In this document: piece by piece, positions 12,453 to 20,720 of the stretch
Position numbering within the stretch: position 1 is the first letter of the stretch
Layout: every line of letters begins with the position of its first letter
DNA from: Octopus bimaculoides
Taxonomy: Eukaryota
Length of the DNA: 38,297 bases
Direction: 5' to 3'
Assembly: GCF_001194135.2 (NCBI RefSeq)
Contig: NC_068989.1
Span: 12,562,795 to 12,601,091 of the forward strand
The notes under the pieces: generated by a model
Seen by the model: only the letters and a program-made list of their open reading frames with translations
The model's database searches: none
What the model was told of the DNA's origin: nothing
Position numbers and translations under genes: made by a program

Positions 12453-12665
12453 CCTTTCTACACTAGGCACAAGATACGAAATTTTGGAGGAGGGAGCCAG
12501 TGGATTAGATCGCCCCAGTACGCAGCTAGTACTTAATTTATCGGCCCCAAAAGGATGAAATACTAAGTCGACCTCGGCGTAATTTGAACTCAGAACGTAA
12601 AGACAGATGAAATACTGCTATGCATTTCGTCGGGCGTGCTAACGTTTCTGCCAGCTCACCACCTT
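12453..12665 (-). mobile_element. Family-A SINE, full length (trimer member 3)
   Basis: Complete through the head 'tttctgccagctcaccacctt'. Confidence 0.92.
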
Positions 12666-12735
12666 TTAGATATATATATATATGTATATCGTCTTGACAC
12701 TCATAAGGAATCAGTCCGCTCAGGGCGACAGACGA

Positions 12736-12832
12736 GTTAGAAGACAGCTGCTTAAGTTACCACGTAGTGGGACTGAAGGCAAACGGCGTGCCTGAAAACG
12801 AAGTTTCTTAACCACATAGCAATGCCTGTGCT
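12736..12832 (-). mobile_element. Old family-B-like head
   Basis: 'gaagacagctgcttaagttaccacgtagtgggactgaa...ttcttaaccacatagc' parallels 4068-4150. Confidence 0.5.
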
Positions 12833-13879
12833 TATAAATAATTTGTGAGCAACATTTATGATATATTATCTTAAAGAGGATTTAATTTTCGGACATCAGA
12901 TTAAGACGCTAATGATGTAGATAATATATGGATTTAGATACACGAATTACGCAGATAGGTTTTGTATTTAACTTCATATTTTTGAGCGTAAGAATATTTG
13001 CACGACAGAATACATGAATAAAAATTGCACATCGTGTAACAAAATGTTTTGCTAAGCAATTTTTCCTTTTTGATAAATTTCTGATTCATTCTGTAAGTGT
13101 ATAAATGTGAACATGTAAAACAATGAAATATATTAAACATGAACCAAGATGTCTACCGCAAAAGAAATTGCTCTGTATTATATGAAAATTCTGTTTCTTT
13201 AATATTTCATAATTATTAATTCAAGTACTTTTCAGATCAATTCTTGTTTCTTTATTTCTAATTTATAATTTAGTTATTCCACCATTATTTTTCATAAAAC
13301 ATGTGCACGTAATTACGCTTCCCATTTTGTTTATGCACTTTAAATTTCGATAGAGTGATAAGAGAAATCTTCATGTAATCATATTTTTTGTTTTCATTTT
13401 CATAACCTATCATTTATTTTATGAACTTCGGAAATATAATGCCTTATTCTATAATGTTCCTATGAAGGGTTTCTTTCTTTGCATTGCATTTTGTCTAACA
13501 ATGCGCTGAGAATGCATGCATATATTTCTATGACAACCTCACTAATGTTCTAAATTATAGTTCACCATATTTCCGAAAAGCTTAGGTTGTTTTTAAAAAA
13601 ATATTTTGGATATTCAGTTGTTAGTTTAAGTATATTTAATGTATATCATATTCGAATGTGAAGGTATGAGTTTCACACCTGCATAGATACCTTCTAATAC
13701 ATAATATATAATATACCAAACCAAAGTCTTCAGCCACCTCTTAACCAGGAGAAGACAAAAAGAGAAACATGTATATCAAGAAATACAAATGGAGAGATGG
13801 AAGGAAAATCTGGAAGAACATTTCAACCTGACCTGCTCCAGTCATTCGACTAGATTCATGCACATGCATATGTATACAT

Positions 13880-14043
13880 ATTTATTCTTTTATTCTTTTA
13901 CTTGTTCCAGTTATTTGACTGTGGCCATGCTGGAGCACCGCGTTTAGTCGAACGAATCGACCCAAGGACTTATTCTTTGTAAGGCGAGTGCTTATTCTGT
14001 CGGTTTCTTTTCCGAACCGCTAGATTACGGTGACGTAAACACA
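13880..14043 (-). mobile_element. Family-B SINE 3' half
   Basis: Aligns to 3724-3890 and to 31374-31505. Stops abruptly at 'gtaaacaca'. Confidence 0.88.
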
Positions 14044-14086
14044 GATATATATATTTTCACAATGTAACCTCGTGGGCATCGGTACC

Positions 14087-14285
14087 ATTTTCCTCTTTCT
14101 CCGTTCTTTCCATTCTCCGAACTTTCCATCTTTCCGACNNNNNNNNNNATTTTCCTCTTTCTCCGTTCTTTCCATTCTCCGAACTTTCCATCTTTCCGAC
14201 GAAGGGCTACGCCCGAAACCTCATACACTCTCTCTTTCCTTTCTGTTTTTTTTTGTTATTGTTTTTTTGAACTTATATATATATA
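14087..14285 (+). mobile_element. Probable Penelope-like terminal repeat with a degenerate hammerhead-like core
   Basis: CCGACGA-A-GGGC-TAC-GCCC-GAAAC-CTC at 14196-14222, then a pyrimidine-rich tail ending in (TA)n. The first 52 bp are duplicated across the 10-N gap. Confidence 0.5.
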
Positions 14286-14643
14286 TATAGTGTGATTCAA
14301 AATTTTGATTGTCTTTATTAGAACCAGTATTTAGAACTCTATATATATTCCCCGTATGAAGGGAAACCGTATCATGGTCCATGTACCATTTAATTAGAAT
14401 CAGCAGTTTGGTTAGTGACAAATAATTTTAGAAACAACCTTTCAGTCAATGACGAGTATATGACAATCTCCTGAGATAATTACTTCCCTTTGATGAGATG
14501 ATACAAGGAAGTCTAACGTAGAATAAAAGAAGTAGAAGATGAAATTAGAGCTGATAGTATCTACTCTGTTGAATATTTTATCAGTTGGGAGAAAGTGAAG
14601 TAAATATTTAAAATCAATATTTATAGTATGCTATTCATAGATA

Positions 14644-14955
14644 GCGGAGGAACATGGCCTAGTGGTCAGAGCAGCGGATTCGCGGTCGAGAGATCGCGGG
14701 TTCGAATCTCAGACCGGGCGATGTGTGTCTATTTATGAGCGAAACACCTGAGTTCCACTCAGCACCGGCAGAAAGTAATGGCGAACTACTGCTGACTGCT
14801 TGGCCACAAATATCTCTCCCTCTTTACTCCTGTATTTAGAGCTCACATGCGACGAGCCGGCGTCCCGTCCTGGTGGGGAACCTATATGCCAATGAAACTA
14901 GGAAACCGGCCTTTATGGGCCAGGCATGTGTCGAGAAGGAACAAGTGACAACAGC
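14644..14955 (+). mobile_element. Full-length tRNA-derived SINE (family D) with 11-bp TSD
   Basis: A box TGGCCTAGTGG and B box GGTTCGAATCT. TSD attcatagata at 14633-14643 and 14956-14966. The 3' module 'gcgacgagccggcgtcccgtcctgg' resembles V-type SINE domains (recollection). Confidence 0.9.
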
Positions 14956-14969
14956 ATTCATAGATAACC

Positions 14970-15052
14970 AAGGAGTGAGGTAGTAGGTTGAATAAAATGT
15001 CTTACTGCGTTCGTTCTGTTTCTGTGTTCTCCGTCTTAAAATTTGCTTTCAA
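14970..15052 (+). mobile_element. Possible decayed family-A head (contains the let-7-like match)
   Basis: 'tagtaggttgaataaaatgtcttactgcgttcgttctgtttctgtgttct' aligns to the A head 'tagcacgccgggcgaaatgcttagcggtatttcgtctgtctttacgttct', with many transition differences. Confidence 0.35.
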
Positions 15053-15234
15053 ACAGACCAACTGAGGACGGACGGGAGAGATATATTTGTGAACACCCCT
15101 TGCTGATTGATTTTTGATATATGTGAAGCGGAACAAATGTAGCTGTATCGTCTATCCGCATTCTGGACTCAAAGAGTGCCCAGAGAAAACTAGTTCCTGT
15201 TTCATTTAGTAATATTTCATTAAAAGATAAAAAG

Positions 15235-15875
15235 CAAGTTTTAGAGACATGTTCTTTACTACATTTTAATAATACCTTTGGGATGTTGCAGTACCTATGT
15301 ATATATTGAATTTGTCTTCGTCATTTTGAAGGGTTTATAGATATTGGAGTTTACGTGGAGGGTAGCATCTAGGAAATACACTAATTTTAGTCTACTATAA
15401 TAAAGAAGTCTATGATTTAAAAAGTGATGTAGTTTTTTAAAGATTAGCGTTTAGTTGTAAGAGTGGACTGTCGTTCCTATACTGATCTCCAGAGGTGGGT
15501 TGAAATTTGCTATCTAAGTTTTGTAATATGTAAAAACCGACGATATCACTTTTCTCTGCCGAGTCATTTCATCCCATGCTTAAATCATATAATTCTTTAA
15601 TGATTTCTGTTTTAATCAAGTCTCTTGCTTGAAATATTGTTTCTATTTCAGTATTATAATTTGTTTCTATTATCTTAGCCAGAATCAATTGAGCCATATG
15701 AAAAGATTTTGTTACTGAGGTGTAATGACCTCTGATGTCAGTATCGAAGAAATGTCATTCATTTCTGCTTTGGGATTTTCTGAAATCCATCTATTACTTC
15801 GTAAGTGTTGCCCATGAGAGGTTACATCAATTTTGTTTTTAATTTTGGTAGGGATTTGTCTATGCCTCTTTTTTA
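15235..15875 (-). mobile_element. Decayed Penelope-like element reverse-transcriptase fragment
   Basis: Minus-strand translation gives collinear PLE RT motifs with stops and frameshifts: GNTYEVIDGFQKIP, FFDTDIRGHYTSVT, DLSMG*NDSAEKSDIVGFYILQNL (cf. DVTMGSFDGAEVCELVGLYIL), GDQYRNDS at 15470-15481 (cf. GLYRDDG), VYFLDATL, YKPF, QHPKGIIK. Confidence 0.82.
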
Positions 15876-16126
15876 TGTATATATANNNNNNNNNNNNNNN
15901 NNNNNNNNNNNNNNNNNNNNNNNNNNNNNNNNNNNNNNNNNNNNNNNNNNNNNNNNNNNNNNNNNNNNNNNNNNNNNNNNNNNNNNNNNNNNNNNNNNNN
16001 NNNNNNNNNNNNNNNNNNNNNNNNNNNNNNNNNNNNNNNNNNNNNNNNNNNNNNNNNNNNNNNNNNNNNNNNNNNNNNNNNNNNNNNNNNNNNNNNNNNN
16101 NNNNNNNNNNNNNNNNNNNNNNNNNN

Positions 16127-16168
<42 letters not shown>

Positions 16169-17024
16169 ACCGCTTGTTTTTATAAAAAGTTACATATGTA
16201 GAAAACAGTTGCTGGTAGAAGGATCTCTCAACACATTTAAGCAGATTATCATATTTATTTTATACCAAGAAGGAAAATGTCTTTGCCACAGTATAATTCA
16301 ATATTCCTTCTCCAATCTTTATATGTAGTCTTTGGTTCATCGTTTGTTGTAAAGATTTATTGTTGGAAAATACAATAACGTAACACGAAGTCACATTCAA
16401 ACACACACACACACACGCGCACGCGTACGCACAAGCATGAACATAGATTTGTGCGCACATAAACACACATATATGCACATGTGACAATGTGGATATATTT
16501 TGCAAACTGAACCTTTGTGAATCGCTATTTGATTCAGTTTCAACTAGATATCATTCCACTCAACCTGTGGAGGTATTTTCATTCATACTTTATTGCATTT
16601 CACGATATGCAATATCAACTACATACACAGGCATATGCACGCGGCTGCTTCCACATGCGGACACACAGCGATATTAAATTATAGTAGCATTCCTAATGCA
16701 ATTTTTTTGAAGAGTGCTAGAAATAAATGGATCATTATAAGATTTGGAATCATATTGTGCAACAGTAAATATAATGAACGAATACGTTTAGAATTACCGG
16801 GAATATAGTAACATCACCCGTTGCCTAATTGTATGCATAATATATATTTATTCATGTTTAGTGTCACCATCGATCGCAATATAATAATATCGATGTAAAC
16901 TATAACAATCACACCGTTACTATGAATGGAATGCAGGCATAATTTGATGAGCTATGCCCAAACGAATGTAGGTGTGTAGGTGTGTAAGCGTGTACTTGTT
17001 TGTGTGTTGTGTTTTTGTCTGTCT

Positions 17025-17053
17025 GTCTATGTATGTATGTATGTATGTATCTG

Positions 17054-17090
<37 letters not shown>

Positions 17091-17132
17091 ATGATAGATA
17101 GATAGATAGATAGATAGATAGAAAGATAGATA
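17025..17132. repeat. (TATG)n-(CTAT)9-(ATAG)n compound, self-complementary microsatellite
   Basis: (CTAT)9 at 17055-17090, a 3-nt spacer, then (ATAG)x9 with one AAAG variant at 17094-17129. Confidence 0.95.
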
Positions 17133-17135
17133 TAT

Positions 17136-17433
17136 AGGTGTGGTTGTGTGGTAAGAAGCTTGCTTCTCGATGACATTGTTATGAGTTCGGTCTCACTGCT
17201 TGGCAGCTTGGGCAAGTATCTTTTACTATATCCTCGGGTCGACCAAATCTCTTTAAGTGGGATTTCGTAAACGGTGTTGGTATTTTTAAATCCACGTAAC
17301 TTACATCTCGGCATAAGACACCGAAAGAATAAATACTAGAGTTTTTAAAAGTCCTACGATCGATTTGTTCAACTAAAACCATTCAAGTCGGTGCCGCCGC
17401 ATGGGCGCAGTCAAATGACTGAAACAAGTAAAA
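17136..17433 (+). mobile_element. Older family-B SINE lacking the central microsatellite segment
   Basis: Head 'gtggttgtgtggtaagaagcttgcttc...gcttgggcaagt' is joined near 17272 to the 3' body and the tail 'cagtcaaatgactgaaacaagtaaaa'. Confidence 0.82.
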
Positions 17434-17945
17434 TATACAAAATATGTAGTAAATATGTGTAGATACGCAGGTGTAGGTATACATTATCCTGTTCGTGTGT
17501 GAGTTTGTAAGCGCGCGCGCGTGTGGTGTATGCACGCGCGTATTTGTGTATATATGCAAAGGCGTGTGATGATCTGAAACGGTGAATGAATTTATACTAA
17601 GAAATTTGTGAACACAACTCTACGAACAAAATGCGAGTATTTTCTACGTGTAAACTTATGTTTGGAAGAATACGTTCTATTCGTTCAGTAACTTTATTGT
17701 ACCTTAGAAAAAAATTATGCGTCTCTGCGTCATATTTTAGTCGTAGCGTCGTAGCATTGAAAATTTTAATAATTTGGTTACTGCCTCATAAATCATCACG
17801 GCAAATTTACCATTCAAAATCTCAGTTCAATTCAGTGTGAATAAGGTAATTTATTCACACGTGTTACGGCACTCCATGTTTACTCCATGTTTAAGCCAGT
17901 GAAGAACGACACAAACGATTGGCATAGTATCACAATCTCTTTTTC

Positions 17946-18003
17946 AATGCTGGAATCGATTTAATCGACTTCACTCTTCCCCAGAGATTTGTTAGCCTAC
18001 AAA
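17946..18003 (+). mobile_element. Family-A 3' fragment
   Basis: 'gctggaatcgatttaatcgacttcactcttcccc' matches the A motif 'ctggggtcgatgtaatcgact'. Confidence 0.4.
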
Positions 18004-18104
18004 TATTTATATCATCATATTATCACTTCTCCTAAAAACAAAATATATTATCTATGAATTGCAAACACAAAAATAGAAATCCGTACTTACGCAGAGACGC
18101 ATCT

Positions 18105-18470
18105 GAAGGTGCATGACTCAATGGTTAGGGCGACGGGCTTATAATCATGATGTAGTGAGTTCGATTCCCGGATCGGGCTGCGCATTATGTTCTTCAGTAA
18201 ATCACTATATTTCACTTGACTTCTTTTAACACAACTACAAATGAGTTCCAGTAATAGCTGGGAAGTTAACCTTAAGACGGAGCGCTCTCCGCTTCAGGAA
18301 GGTGAGAATGGTAATCTCAGTCATTTACACGTCATTACACGTCAAGTTGCTCCAGTTAACACCTCTAAAAATGTACTGCGAGGTTATTGGTACCAAGCTA
18401 TATTGGCCTTTGCCTTTCCCTTCGATACCATCCGTGGCATGGAGAGAGGAGGTTGGTATGCAAGGGCGAT
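18105..18470 (+). mobile_element. tRNA-derived SINE (family E), composite with two body modules
   Basis: A box TGACTCAATGGTTAG and B box GTTCGATTCC (18159-18168). Segment 18226-18243 recurs at 18356-18373 (15/18). Ends in (TA)n. Confidence 0.72.
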
Positions 18471-20117
18471 ATATATATATATATATATGAAATTTTTAGA
18501 AAAATAAAAGGCGAAGGCAGGTATATGAACAAGTTAGTATATTAGTTTGACGCTCGGGTAAAATAAAATAAAAATATTTACATTTCTAGCCTACCCTCTT
18601 CGACAGAAGGGAATAAGAGAAAATAAACAGAGAGACCACGAAAAAAGCTTCTAGAATTCATGTGTGTGTATGTGTGTTTGTGTGTGTTTTGTGTGTGTGT
18701 GTGGGGGGGGGTGTTTGTGTAAATCTGTTAATCAATCAATCAATTATAACGTTTATACGTATTCCTGTATATGTATTTGTATGTATGCGTAGCGATGGTT
18801 AAAATGAATACACATTCTTAAATCCTGGAAGATGTATCCTGATGTTTGCAAATGTATGTGTATGAAGAAAATATACTCACTACAGTCCCGTCTGCACAGT
18901 TGGATTCTAACCGCTGTGCACACGCTAAATGCTAATTATTTGGAAAAATTTGCGTGTAAACGGGTAAGTAATCATGTCTGTCATTGTGCGATATCACCAA
19001 ACAATGACCGCCTAGCTGGTTACTTGCTCTTCTTCACCTCAACTGCCCGACGATTCCCAACTAACATTGTAGAACACGTATGCTAACCTTCATAGTATTT
19101 GTTTTATGAAAATAGTGCATCTGAACCGAAATACAAGATAATTGAGAAACAGAATACAGAGAAGAAAATTAAATGTAATGTTAGAATTATGAGGAACAAA
19201 GAGTAGATATGAATGTATGTGTGTGCATAGATGTACGCGTGTAATTGTGAGTGCTTGTGTCTTTGAGGGAAAGATACTGACTGGGAGGGGGAGAAAGAGT
19301 AAAAGAGGGGTGATAGATAGAAAGACAGACAGATTATAAGACAGACAGATTGAAAGACAGAGAAATAGAAAGACATACAAACAGTTAGACGGACTAGGCT
19401 GGCGATTAGAAAGATGATTTACAGTAAAATATATACGATCAAGATATAAAAAAAATTTAGCAGAGAAACATAATAGGTGGATAAAACCGTAGAGTGTATT
19501 GTTCTGAAACGCCATTTCAAAATATCCCCATTGGATTATATAGTAATATTATACAAGAAAATAATCTTCTTTTTGATCAGGTTTCATAACAAAATTTTGA
19601 TTGTGTTTCATATAGAGTATCTTTTCTTCTATTTTGCATTCTATATCATCATTTCCTTTCTTAATATTTCCTTGACAATTTACATAAATTTCTTATTGTT
19701 AGAATGTCTAGTATTGGCTTATTTTATTAGGAACCAAAGGATTTCGTTTCTTTCTCCATAAAATGCCCGGAAATCAAAATTCGTGTATAGTTTCCTAACT
19801 TGGAAATAGGTATATTTTTCATTTAAATAAAACATATTTTTCTAAAAGTATTATATATTTGAAAGTCTTTATAGTACTATGCGAGAGTCAGTGTTTGAGA
19901 ATTGAAAAAAAAAAAAACAACAACAACAACGTCAGTGAAATTCACGATTCCATTCACGGCCATTCAGAGGCAAGCGCACAGAAGCTCATACACACCTACA
20001 CAAAGAGAAATGCGCAACAATATACACCGTTACATGCAAATAAGTGCTCGCTCACCCTTCATACCTACATGTGCGTTCATAACCATATACGTTTTCTATG
20101 TATGTATTTATGCACGA

Positions 20118-20373
20118 ATGTATGTATGTATGTATGTATGTATGTATGTATGTATGTATGAATGTATGTATGTATGAATGTATGTATCTAACTATCTATC
20201 TATCATTCTATCTATCTAACTAACGCAAATACACACAAACATATATATATATATATACATACATATACATATATACATATATACATACATGCATATATAT
20301 ATAAATACATATATACATGCATATATATACATACATATGTATTTTCATACATATATATATATATATATATATA
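20118..20373. repeat. Compound (TATG)/(TATC)/(TA) microsatellite abutting a gap
   Basis: Direct reading. Confidence 0.95.
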
Positions 20374-20383
20374 NNNNNNNNNN

Positions 20384-20720
20384 ACTGAAGGCCTTTTGCT
20401 AAAATCGAAATACAAGTTAATATCTATTTCACTAGCATGACCATAAACATATTATATAATATATTCGCATTGTTTAATGCAATATTCAGAGAGGGCATAG
20501 CAATCTGAGTGAAGGGTAATCACAGACATATAATCAGATTGATTGATCTACGTAATTTACGCTTGTTTAACACGAGATTTTGATGTTTTCGCCCGTCCAT
20601 CAACGTTAGGTTGTATTTATGCGAATGATTTCGAGTGTGTATATGCGTTGCTTTGTGTGCTTCTGTACGTGTTAGATCTGAATATAGTGTTATTGGAACA
20701 GTGTGTAGATATTCTAGCAA
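20384..20720 (-). mobile_element. Decayed CR1/L2-group LINE RT fragment, cut by a gap
   Basis: Minus strand reads EIDINLYFDFSK-(2-nt shift)-AFS at 20384-20430 (cf. VDVIYLDFSKAFD). Upstream similarity is weaker: VPITLYSDLTRTEAHK (cf. VPIHKGGSRTEAKN). Confidence 0.45.

Noticed and set aside
7524-12665. Recurring 'ggaatttgaactcagaacgtaa' as a CRISPR-like array
   Set aside because: Spacing is irregular and the surrounding sequence is also homologous. These are SINE copies in eukaryotic DNA, with no cas genes.
14087-14200. Exact 52-bp direct repeat (14087-14138 and 14149-14200) as a real tandem or ribozyme dimer
   Set aside because: The two copies end and begin exactly at a 10-N placeholder gap, typical of an unmerged contig overlap. 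Needs long reads.
17835-17860. 10-bp perfect hairpin gtgtgaataa/ttattcacac as a terminator or regulatory element
   Set aside because: AT-rich, short, and with no associated transcription unit. Plausible by chance.
20385-20410. ctgaagg...gaaat as a second hammerhead
   Set aside because: The core deviates from CUGANGA and stem II is poor. It is better explained as the antisense of the DFSKAF RT motif.
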